From Pseudomonadota bacterium (GTDB lineage: Bacteria; Pseudomonadota; Gammaproteobacteria; GCA-002705445; GCA-002716945), in NCBI GenBank assembly GCA_036140295.1, contig JAYZYL010000002.1, forward strand, positions 64,440 through 128,439: 64,000 bases of DNA. The letters are read 5' to 3'. The notes beneath the pieces are model-generated. The model was given only the letters and a program-made list of their open reading frames with translations. It had not been told where the DNA came from and made no database searches. Positions within the stretch are counted from its first letter, which is position 1, and each line of letters opens with the position of its first letter. The translations under genes and the position numbers were made by a program. Shown here piece by piece: positions 54,486-62,376 of the stretch.

Positions 54486-56000
54486 ATGCTCATCAGAAGA
54501 TTTAAATTATTATTTATTGTTGTTGTTTTTACTTCTGCACTTTCAGGATGTGCTAAAAACCCAGTATCAGGAATGCCGGATTTTGTAACTATAACTGAAC
54601 AACAAGAGATTAGCATGGGTGCATCATACCATTCAAAAATTTTAAAAGAATTCAAAATCATGGAAAACAGGGAATTAAATAACTACTTTGAAAAACTTGG
54701 TCAACGGATAGCAAAAAATAGTCATAGAGCAGAACTTAATTGGCATTTTACATTAATTGACAGTCCGATGTTTAATGCTTTTGCAACCCCTGGAGGATAT
54801 ATCTATTTCTATCGAGGTATTTTACCTTATTTTAATTCTGAAGAAGAGTTGGTTGGTGTCTTGGGGCATGAAATTGGTCACGTAACCGCAAGGCACGCAG
54901 TAAGAGGTATGAGTGCTGCTCAGATAACAAATATACTGATAGGGCTGGTTGCAGCTAGAGTGCCAGGTAGCCAGATTACTGATAATGCATTTAATCTCTT
55001 AAATATGGCTATAAATAGTGGCTACAGTAGAAAGTTTGAACTTGAAGCTGATCAGTTAGGGAGAGAGTATTTATCACGAACAAATTATAATCCAAATGCT
55101 ATGAAAAGTTTTTTGAAAGTAATGAAAGATAGAGATGATTTAGAAAAGAAGATGGCAGAAATTGAAGGCCGGGAACCGAATGTTGGCTATCATGGAATTT
55201 TTTCTAGCCACCCAGATACAGAAAAAAGAATTGACGAAATGAAGGTAAAAGAAAAATCAAAAAACTCTAAGAGGGAAAGCAAAAATAAAGAGAAGTTCTT
55301 AAAAATGATTGACGGCATGATGTATGGATCAAGCCCAGAAGATGGTTATGTAAAAGGAAATACTTTTTTTCATCCTGGTTTAGCAATTAAATTTAATTTT
55401 GATGAATCTTGGTTGTTGCAAAACAATCCAGATAATATCATTTTAAATAAAAATGGGTCAGAATTAATTATAAGATTAGAGGAATTATTGGTCGATGATC
55501 TGGAAAATGGACTCACACCTGAAAAATTTTTGATAGATGGTATCAACAAAACATCATTCTTAACAAAAAACGAATTAGTAGAAAAGGAAGAGTTTAATTA
55601 TAACGGCTTCACTGGATATACTATGCTGTACGCTTCATCAACAGCTTTTAATACTATGTATAAAAGATTCACCGCAATTTTTGATTTACCCAGCGAATTA
55701 AAAAATAAGAAAGGTATTAAACCAAAAGTTTGGATATTTGTTTCTAAAGGAGAAGAATATAAAAATGATACTGACTCTAAAACTGTTATAAAAACATTTT
55801 CAAAGATGACGGATAAGGAAATTAGAAATTCCAAAGGTTTGAGGATAAAAGTTATACGATTTAGAAAGGGTATGAGTTATGAAAAACTTGCTAAAGAATC
55901 TCCTTTGGGAACCTTTGCACAAGATAAGTTGAGATTACTTAATGGGCATTATCCAAACGACAACCCAAAAATTGGAGATCTAATCAAGATTGTTCAATAA
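54486..56000 (+). CDS. M48-family zinc metalloprotease, predicted lipoprotein, with a long C-terminal extension ending in a LysM-like segment
   Basis: Lipobox LSGC after a signal sequence (start at Met 54486 preferred) and zinc motif HEIGHV with a downstream E. The C-terminal ...MSYEKLAKESPLG...LRLLNG...IGDLIKIV is LysM-like, which is a low-confidence reading. Confidence 0.8.
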   Translation: MLIRRFKLLFIVVVFTSALSGCAKNPVSGMPDFVTITEQQEISMGASYHSKILKEFKIMENRELNNYFEKLGQRIAKNSHRAELNWHFTLIDSPMFNAFATPGGYIYFYRGILPYFNSEEELVGVLGHEIGHVTARHAVRGMSAAQITNILIGLVAARVPGSQITDNAFNLLNMAINSGYSRKFELEADQLGREYLSRTNYNPNAMKSFLKVMKDRDDLEKKMAEIEGREPNVGYHGIFSSHPDTEKRIDEMKVKEKSKNSKRESKNKEKFLKMIDGMMYGSSPEDGYVKGNTFFHPGLAIKFNFDESWLLQNNPDNIILNKNGSELIIRLEELLVDDLENGLTPEKFLIDGINKTSFLTKNELVEKEEFNYNGFTGYTMLYASSTAFNTMYKRFTAIFDLPSELKNKKGIKPKVWIFVSKGEEYKNDTDSKTVIKTFSKMTDKEIRNSKGLRIKVIRFRKGMSYEKLAKESPLGTFAQDKLRLLNGHYPNDNPKIGDLIKIVQ

Positions 56001-56898
56001 AAAAGAAAAAGTATATTTAATTGATGCAACAGGTTTTGTTTTAAAATATTGGTTTGTTATGCCAAAAATTAAGACTAAAAATTATGAATCAATATCTGCC
56101 TTTCTTGGTTTTTGTACATTTTTTTTAGATCTACTATCAGATATAAAACCAAAATATATTCTGTGTGCTTTTGATGAGAGTCTTGGCACATGTTTTAGAA
56201 ATGAAATTTTTCCTGATTATAAAAAGAATCGAGAAAATGCACCGAAAGAATTAAAAGTTCAATTTAATTTATGTAGGAATTTTCTAGATCTCTTAGGTAT
56301 TAATAATCTTGCTAGTGATAAATATGAGGCAGACGACATTATAAATACAGTCTCTATAAATACAAGGAAGGCCGGAATGTCTAATATTATAATTACTAAT
56401 GACAAAGATTTATTTCAAATAATTTATGAAGACGATGCTTGGTGGAATTTAAGTGGAAAAAAATTTAATCATAATGACTTAAAAAACAAATTAAAATTTT
56501 CGCCTCAGAACCTTCCAGAGCTTTTTGGTTTAATGGGTGATTCAGTTGATGGCATTCCAGGCGCCCCCGGTATTGGTGAAAAAACTGCTTCAATATTAAT
56601 TAATAGATATGGAAATATTGATAATGTCTTTGCAAATATTGATTCAATCATATCTGATTTAGGATCAAAATATAAAAGATATGTTAAAATAATATCTGAA
56701 AATAAGAAAATAATTTATTTATCAAAAAAGCTTTCTAACCTAGCATACATTGATGCTATTGAGAAAAATACTAATGCAATTGAGAGAAATCAAGTAGACC
56801 TTGCTGAAATGGACAAATTTTTAATACAATCTGGAATGAGGGATGGACAAAAAAACTCTTGGATCAATCAAATAAAAAAACTGTGTGAATTAATATGA
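55990..56898 (+). CDS. Stand-alone 5'-3' exonuclease / flap endonuclease (Pol I N-terminal domain-like, Xni-like)
   Basis: YLIDATGFV, FDES, YKKNR, EADD, TNDKDL and the H3TH motif GDSVDGIPGAPGIGEKTA. The only in-frame start before the first motif is TTG at 55990. Confidence 0.8.
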   Translation: MFNKKEKVYLIDATGFVLKYWFVMPKIKTKNYESISAFLGFCTFFLDLLSDIKPKYILCAFDESLGTCFRNEIFPDYKKNRENAPKELKVQFNLCRNFLDLLGINNLASDKYEADDIINTVSINTRKAGMSNIIITNDKDLFQIIYEDDAWWNLSGKKFNHNDLKNKLKFSPQNLPELFGLMGDSVDGIPGAPGIGEKTASILINRYGNIDNVFANIDSIISDLGSKYKRYVKIISENKKIIYLSKKLSNLAYIDAIEKNTNAIERNQVDLAEMDKFLIQSGMRDGQKNSWINQIKKLCELI

Positions 56899-58154
56899 AG
56901 AAAAATATTTTCTATGCTCAATCTGGCGGAGTTACTCCTGTGATAAATGCGACGGCATTTGGATTAATTAATGCTGTTAAAAAATATAAAAACTTTTTTG
57001 GAAAAATTTATGCTGGAAAAAATGGAATTATAGGGGCCTTAAGAGAAGAACTCATCGATATCTCAAAAGAAAATCAAACAGAACTAAATAAACTCCAGTT
57101 TACGCCTGGAGGTGCTTTTGGATCATGTAGGCTTAAATTAAAAGACCCAATAAAAAATAAAAAAGAGTTTGAGAGGATAGTTGAGGTATTTAAGTCTCAT
57201 AATATTGGATATTTTTTTTATAATGGTGGGGGAGATTCTCAGGATACAACCTTAAAGCTGTCCCAATATTGTAAGTCAGTAAATTATCATCTTCAATGTA
57301 TCGGATTGCCGAAAACAATAGATAATGATTTACCTGTAACTGATAGCTGTCCTGGATTTGGTACTGCTGCAAAATATATTGCTGTATCTACTTATGAGGC
57401 TTCTTTAGATGTCTCTTCAATGGCAGAATCATCAACTAAAGTATTTATTCTGGAAGTTATGGGCAGGCATGCTGGTTGGTTGGCAGCTGCATCTGGAATC
57501 ATCAAAAATAAAACTACTGAGCCACCACATATTATACTTTTCCCAGAAGTGACATTTAATTCAAAAAAATTTCTTCGGAAAGTTAGTCAGGTAGTAAAAA
57601 CTAATGGTTATTGCGTTATTGTTTCCTCAGAAGGAATAAGGAATTCAAAAAAAGAATTTATTTCTAGTGGTAATGGTAAAGACAGTTTTGGACATGCACA
57701 ACTTGGAGGGGTAGCTCCAAAATTAGCTTCTATGGTGGCGAATTCTCTTAAATATAAAGTTCACTGGGCAGTATCAGATTATCTACAAAGAGCATCAAGG
57801 CATATAGGTTCTAAAATTGATGTTAAACAAGCTATTGAATTAGGTAAGAAATCAGTTGAATTTGCTAAACAAGGTAAAAATGAAATTATGCTAACTATTA
57901 AGGGCAAAAGAAGAAATGGAAAATATTCTTGGTCAATTGGACATACTAATTTAAGAAATGTTGCAAATAAAGAAAAATCTTTACCTAAAAGATTTATTAG
58001 TTCAGATAGGTTTAATATTACAAAAAAATGTAAAGAATATATACTTGATTTAGTTAAAGGAGAAGACTATCCAACGTATAAAAATGGAATTCCAGAATAT
58101 ACCAAATTAAAAAAATACTTGGTTAAAAAGAAATTAAAGAAATTTTTTATTTAA
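56895..58154 (+). CDS. pfp: Phosphofructokinase, predicted pyrophosphate-dependent (PPi-PFK)
   Basis: The PFK fold is indicated by FYAQSGGVTPVINA and MGRHAGW. At the positions equivalent to E. coli PfkA Gly104 and Gly124 it has Asp (GGGDS vs GGDGS) and Lys (GLPKTIDND vs GLPGTIDND), the residues reported to mark PPi use. Confidence 0.75.
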   Translation: MKKNIFYAQSGGVTPVINATAFGLINAVKKYKNFFGKIYAGKNGIIGALREELIDISKENQTELNKLQFTPGGAFGSCRLKLKDPIKNKKEFERIVEVFKSHNIGYFFYNGGGDSQDTTLKLSQYCKSVNYHLQCIGLPKTIDNDLPVTDSCPGFGTAAKYIAVSTYEASLDVSSMAESSTKVFILEVMGRHAGWLAAASGIIKNKTTEPPHIILFPEVTFNSKKFLRKVSQVVKTNGYCVIVSSEGIRNSKKEFISSGNGKDSFGHAQLGGVAPKLASMVANSLKYKVHWAVSDYLQRASRHIGSKIDVKQAIELGKKSVEFAKQGKNEIMLTIKGKRRNGKYSWSIGHTNLRNVANKEKSLPKRFISSDRFNITKKCKEYILDLVKGEDYPTYKNGIPEYTKLKKYLVKKKLKKFFI

Positions 58155-59137
58155 AATTCTTTCTCTTTACCAAGAACAATATTTTCAAGTAAATCTATAA
58201 AACCATCATTACTATTTAAACATGTAATAAATTCATAATGTCTGCCATTGGACTTTAAAAATATTTCTTTCCCTTCTTGACCCACTTCTTCTAAAGTTTC
58301 TAAGCAGTCTGAAACAAATCCCGGACAGAAAATATGTACATTATTTTTTCCTTCACTAGGCAACTCCTTTAACCTTTCAGACAGATATGGTTTTAACCAT
58401 TCAGCTTTTCCTAATCTAGATTGAAACACGCTTTCGTAAGATGATTCCTCTATATTTAATTTTTCTGCAATAAGCTTAGAGGTTTTATGGCATTGTTCTT
58501 CATAAGGTTCATCTGTTCCAATGTAAGATTTAGGAATACCGTGATAGGAAAATAATAGCTTATCAGGAACCCCTTTATTTTCTTGGAATTTTTGAAGTTT
58601 GTTTACCATAGCTTTAATATAAAGATCATGAGAATGAAATCCTGATACAAACTTATACATTGGGATCATATCCTCAAACTCACAAATCTTTTTATAAATA
58701 GATAAAGTCGTAGTTGTAGAATATTGTGGGAAAAGAGGTATATAAATTATTTTTTTGAATCCATCATTTATTAATTTTTCCATTACAGAATCAATAGAGG
58801 GGTTTCCGTACCGCATTGCCACTTCAACATGATACTTATCTGGTTTATTACTATTTAACCGTTTCTGTAAGTTTTTTGACTGGTCATAAGTATTGTATAA
58901 TAACGGTGATCCTCTTTCAGTCCAAACTTGTTGGTAAAGCTTTGCACTTTTCTTAGATCTGAACGGTAAAATAACGCCATATAGGATAGGCAACCAAATT
59001 AACCTAGGTAATCTTATTACATCTCTATCAGACAGGAACTCTCTTAAGTATTCCCTAACTTCCTTCGCTTGCGGTTTATCGGGTGTCCCTAAGTTTATTA
59101 AAAGAACAGCTATCCTTTGATTTGAATCCTTACTCAT
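58151..59137 (-). CDS. hemH: Ferrochelatase
   Basis: AVLLINLGTPD, YGNPS, FSYHGIP and the C-terminal ETLEE motif. It overlaps the pfp 3' end by 4 nt. Confidence 0.9.
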   Translation of the reverse strand: MSKDSNQRIAVLLINLGTPDKPQAKEVREYLREFLSDRDVIRLPRLIWLPILYGVILPFRSKKSAKLYQQVWTERGSPLLYNTYDQSKNLQKRLNSNKPDKYHVEVAMRYGNPSIDSVMEKLINDGFKKIIYIPLFPQYSTTTTLSIYKKICEFEDMIPMYKFVSGFHSHDLYIKAMVNKLQKFQENKGVPDKLLFSYHGIPKSYIGTDEPYEEQCHKTSKLIAEKLNIEESSYESVFQSRLGKAEWLKPYLSERLKELPSEGKNNVHIFCPGFVSDCLETLEEVGQEGKEIFLKSNGRHYEFITCLNSNDGFIDLLENIVLGKEKEF

Positions 59138-59157
59138 TAATAAATTTTAAAGCAATA

Positions 59158-59742
59158 TTAACCTATTTTATATCTTTCAAAAATTGGGCTAGATTTAGGG
59201 ATGTGCGACATCAAAAACTCCATTTGATCTGCAAGAATTTTTCTGCCTTTTAGAAATATATATTCAACTCTTGAGGGTATAAATGGTATCGCAATCAACA
59301 GCATCTTAGCATCTTCTGGCCTTTTTCCTCCTTTGGCATTGTTGCACCTTCTACAGGCTGTGACAACATTTGTCCAAATGTCATCACCTCCATGTGATAG
59401 TGGTATGATGTGGTCTCTTGAAAGTTCCTTCTTTAAAAATTGTTGGCCACAATACATACAATGATGGTTATCCCTTTTAAATAGGGTTTCATTCGTTAAA
59501 GTTGGGGTAAATGAAGCATAGTCAAACTTCCCAAAATTTCGTGTTGCGACAATAGAATTTAACAATATAACACTCTGTTTGTTTAAAATTCTATTAAACC
59601 CTCCTCTGATCATTAAAGATGACGTCCCACATTCATATGACACCTGATCATTGCAATAAAGTCTTACTGCATCCTGATAGTTTACCCATCCGGTTGGACG
59701 ACCAGCTGAATTTAGCCTAAGTATTTGCTGCTGTGTAATCAT
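59158..59742 (-). CDS. HNH endonuclease-domain protein (194 aa), stand-alone
   Basis: CMYCGQ...SRDHIIPLSHGGDDIWTNVVTACRRCNNAKG is an HNH motif framed by two CxxC zinc pairs. I do not recognise the ~90-aa N-terminal domain. Confidence 0.8.
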   Translation of the reverse strand: MITQQQILRLNSAGRPTGWVNYQDAVRLYCNDQVSYECGTSSLMIRGGFNRILNKQSVILLNSIVATRNFGKFDYASFTPTLTNETLFKRDNHHCMYCGQQFLKKELSRDHIIPLSHGGDDIWTNVVTACRRCNNAKGGKRPEDAKMLLIAIPFIPSRVEYIFLKGRKILADQMEFLMSHIPKSSPIFERYKIG

Positions 59743-59865
59743 AGGTTAGTATTATAGCTCAAAAATCTGACTTTTTATGACAACAAGATTTCATAAAGAT
59801 TAATTCTGTGATCTCTTATGAACTAAATTTCTTAAAAAAAATCTAAAAACCTTATGAATTAATGG

Positions 59866-59889
59866 TTTCCTTGCTTAATTACAAGGAAA
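59866..59889. repeat. Hairpin-forming inverted repeat TTTCCTTG-(8 nt)-CAAGGAAA
   Basis: Read directly from the HNH/priA intergenic region. It is not positioned as a terminator for either flanking gene, since both diverge from this spacer. Confidence 0.4.
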
Positions 59890-59908
59890 TATAGGAAAAT
59901 CTTGTGTT

Positions 59909-59917
59909 TTATCAACA
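59909..59917. promoter_or_regulatory. DnaA-box-like 9-mer TTATCAACA (one mismatch to TTATCCACA)
   Basis: Read directly. A single mismatch in AT-rich DNA is weak evidence on its own. Confidence 0.3.
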
Positions 59918-59941
59918 GTTTTGGCAGACCTCCAATAAAAC

Positions 59942-59988
59942 ATGAGTTTAAATTAGTCTATATAAATTAAAAAAAGTATTAAACTCAT
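59942..59988. repeat. Perfect 10-bp inverted repeat ATGAGTTTAA-(27 nt AT-rich)-TTAAACTCAT
   Basis: Read directly. The arms are at 59942-59951 and 59979-59988. Confidence 0.5.
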
Positions 59989-60084
59989 AAATCATTGAAA
60001 AATATAAAATTTTTTAATTGATTATAAATTGTACAATCCAAAGGAATTGAGAAAACAAAATAATTTGTCATCAAAATTTGCTAG

Positions 60085-60119
60085 TTTTCCACAGTTTTAT
60101 CCACAAAATCTGTGGATAA
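60085..60119. promoter_or_regulatory. Cluster of three DnaA boxes: TTTTCCACA (60085-60093), TTATCCACA (60097-60105) and inverted TGTGGATAA (60111-60119)
   Basis: Two perfect matches to the consensus DnaA box TTATCCACA lie in opposite orientation 5 nt apart. A one-mismatch box lies 3 nt upstream. The cluster ends ~60 nt upstream of the priA start. Confidence 0.6.
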
Positions 60120-60180
60120 TTAAATTTTTCCCTTGATTTGACTGAATATAAAAAAATACATGTGAATGTATAATAAGGTG

Positions 60181-62361
60181 ATGTCTAATTTAATCAAAGT
60201 TGTCTTAAATCTACCGATCTACCAAACATTTGATTATATAGCACCTAAAAATCTAGATTTGGATATGTCTGGTGTACGTGTTGAGGTCATGTTTGGGAGG
60301 AAAAAAATGCTTGGTATTGTGGTTCCATCAAGTATCAACACGGATAATAAGAAGGTAAAGAAAAAATATGAATTAAAAGAAATTCTAAAAATAATTGATA
60401 AAAAACCTATCATTAATAAGGATATTATGAATATGTGTTTGTGGGCATCAAACTATTATCAGTATCCACTTGGTCAAATTCTTTTTAGTTCAATACCTTC
60501 TATACTCCGGAAGGGAGGGGATGTAGAGGCTAAGGAATCTATAACTTATACTTTTTCAGTAACAAGTAAGGTAAATTCTGAGTATTTTAAAAATAAACCT
60601 TCTCAAAGAAAAATTTTTGATTATGTTAAAAAAAATAAAAAAGTATTTTTAGATGACATAAAAAAAATAACAACAAATTTAGATCCTCTACAAAAACTTA
60701 TAAATCAAAAACTCATCAAGAGGATTGAGTTTAAGCCTGAAAAAGAATCTATATTATCAACCATTGATTTAAATAAGGAACAACTTAGTATCTATAAAAA
60801 TATAACTTCAAACATTGATGGTTTTGGGAGCTATTTAGTTGAGGGTGCAACCGGAAGTGGTAAAACTGAATTATACATAAAAATATCTGAATTAATTACT
60901 TCAAAAAAAGGACAAGTTTTAATTATGGTACCAGAAATAAACTTAACACCTCAAACATTAGAAAGATTCCAAAGATATTTAGGGTTTAATGTTAAAAGTT
61001 ATCATTCATCATTAACTGAATCTGAAAGACTAAATACTTGGTTAGGGTCTCAGAATGGTGATATCGATATTATTATTGGAACAAGATCTTCAATTTTTCT
61101 TCCATTTAAAAATCTAAAGGTAATTATTATAGATGAAGAACATGATGCCTCCCTCAAACAACAGGAAAAATTTAAATATCATGCTCGAGATTTATCTCTT
61201 ATAAGAGGACAAAGTAATAATTTCCCTGTTGTATTAGGAAGTGCAACACCTTCTTTTGAAAGTTTACATAATTGTAAAATTGGTAAATATAATCATCTAG
61301 AATTAAGTAAAAAATTTTTTAAAACTTTACCACCAAAAATAATATTGGTAGATTTAAATAAAGATATTCCTGATGATGGGTTTTCTTCTGAACTCAAAAA
61401 ACAAATAAAAAATCAATTAAAAAAACAGGAACAAACTTTATTGTTCATTGGTAGAAGAGGTTTTAGTCATACTCTACTCTGTAAAAGTTGTGGATGGCTA
61501 TCTAAATGCAGCAAATGTGATGCATACATGGCGTATCATTCTAATGAAAAAAAATTATGGTGTCATCACTGTGGACACAAAGAATATTTCTATGGAAAAA
61601 ATGCTTGTTGTAAAGAAAGTGAAATTATTCCTTTAGGGTTTGGTACTGAAAGAATTGAAAAAAAATTAAAATCACTTTTTCCGTCCGCAAAAATAATGAG
61701 AATTGATAGTGATAGTATTAATACAAACAGAAAAATAAAAGATTTTGTTGAACAAACAAAAGCTGGCTCAATTGATATTCTAGTAGGAACACAGATGCTT
61801 GTTAAAGGCCATGACTTTCCCAAAGTATCGTTGGTGGGAATTATGGATATTGACCCTGGTTTGCACAGCATTGATTTTCGTGGAACTGAAAGAACTGCTC
61901 AATTAATGGTGCAGGTTGCTGGAAGGTCTGGAAGGCATAAGACACAAGGACAAGTTATTATACAAACTAGAAAACCAGATCATCAATTAATTACAGAGCT
62001 TTTAAAATATGGTTATAGGAATTTTTCTAAGAGAGCATTATTAGAAAGAGAAGAAGCCCTTTTACCTCCATATAGTTTTATAGCTCTATTAAAAATTTCA
62101 TCTCATAAAATTAATCTTTGCCAAAATTTTCTACAAACACTTAAAGATAATTTTGGTGATAACAAGAATATAAATATTTATGGACCTATTCCCGCCCCTA
62201 TGATAAAGAAAAATAATATGTACCATTTTCAACTAATGATAAAGTCCCTAAACAGAAAACTTTTACTACAAAAATCTCAAGAAATAAGAGAATATATAGT
62301 AGGAAAGAGATTAAATAATATAAGATGGTCGCTAGATATCGATCCTCTAGATGTGTATTAA
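60181..62361 (+). CDS. priA: Primosomal protein N' (replication restart helicase PriA)
   Basis: From Met 60181, MSNLIKVVLNLPIYQTFDY is collinear with E. coli MPVAHVALPVPLPRTFDY. It has Walker A GATGSGKTE, the DEEH box IIDEEHD and the Cys-rich zinc region CKSCGW..CSKCD...CHHCGH. AAGG precedes the 60181 ATG. Confidence 0.95.
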   Translation: MSNLIKVVLNLPIYQTFDYIAPKNLDLDMSGVRVEVMFGRKKMLGIVVPSSINTDNKKVKKKYELKEILKIIDKKPIINKDIMNMCLWASNYYQYPLGQILFSSIPSILRKGGDVEAKESITYTFSVTSKVNSEYFKNKPSQRKIFDYVKKNKKVFLDDIKKITTNLDPLQKLINQKLIKRIEFKPEKESILSTIDLNKEQLSIYKNITSNIDGFGSYLVEGATGSGKTELYIKISELITSKKGQVLIMVPEINLTPQTLERFQRYLGFNVKSYHSSLTESERLNTWLGSQNGDIDIIIGTRSSIFLPFKNLKVIIIDEEHDASLKQQEKFKYHARDLSLIRGQSNNFPVVLGSATPSFESLHNCKIGKYNHLELSKKFFKTLPPKIILVDLNKDIPDDGFSSELKKQIKNQLKKQEQTLLFIGRRGFSHTLLCKSCGWLSKCSKCDAYMAYHSNEKKLWCHHCGHKEYFYGKNACCKESEIIPLGFGTERIEKKLKSLFPSAKIMRIDSDSINTNRKIKDFVEQTKAGSIDILVGTQMLVKGHDFPKVSLVGIMDIDPGLHSIDFRGTERTAQLMVQVAGRSGRHKTQGQVIIQTRKPDHQLITELLKYGYRNFSKRALLEREEALLPPYSFIALLKISSHKINLCQNFLQTLKDNFGDNKNINIYGPIPAPMIKKNNMYHFQLMIKSLNRKLLLQKSQEIREYIVGKRLNNIRWSLDIDPLDVY

Positions 62362-62376
62362 ACAGGACCCATTGCA

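Noticed and set aside
59158-59742. HNH nuclease as part of a restriction-modification or other defence system.
   Set aside because: No methyltransferase, specificity subunit, ATPase or helicase partner is adjacent. Both neighbours (hemH and the priA spacer) are housekeeping. It is kept only as an orphan-nuclease observation.
59922-59940. TGGCAG motif resembling the -24 element of a sigma-54 promoter in the HNH/priA spacer.
   Set aside because: The expected -12 TTGC(A/T) element is absent at the correct spacing; the sequence reads TGGCAGACCTCCAATA.
59743-60165. Possible small protein or known structured RNA (tmRNA, RNase P RNA, 4.5S, 6S) in the large intergenic region.
   Set aside because: All ATG-initiated reading frames there stop within 2-8 codons. 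None of the conserved core sequences of tmRNA, RNase P RNA or SRP RNA that I know are present. A novel sRNA cannot be excluded, but the sequence alone does not support one.
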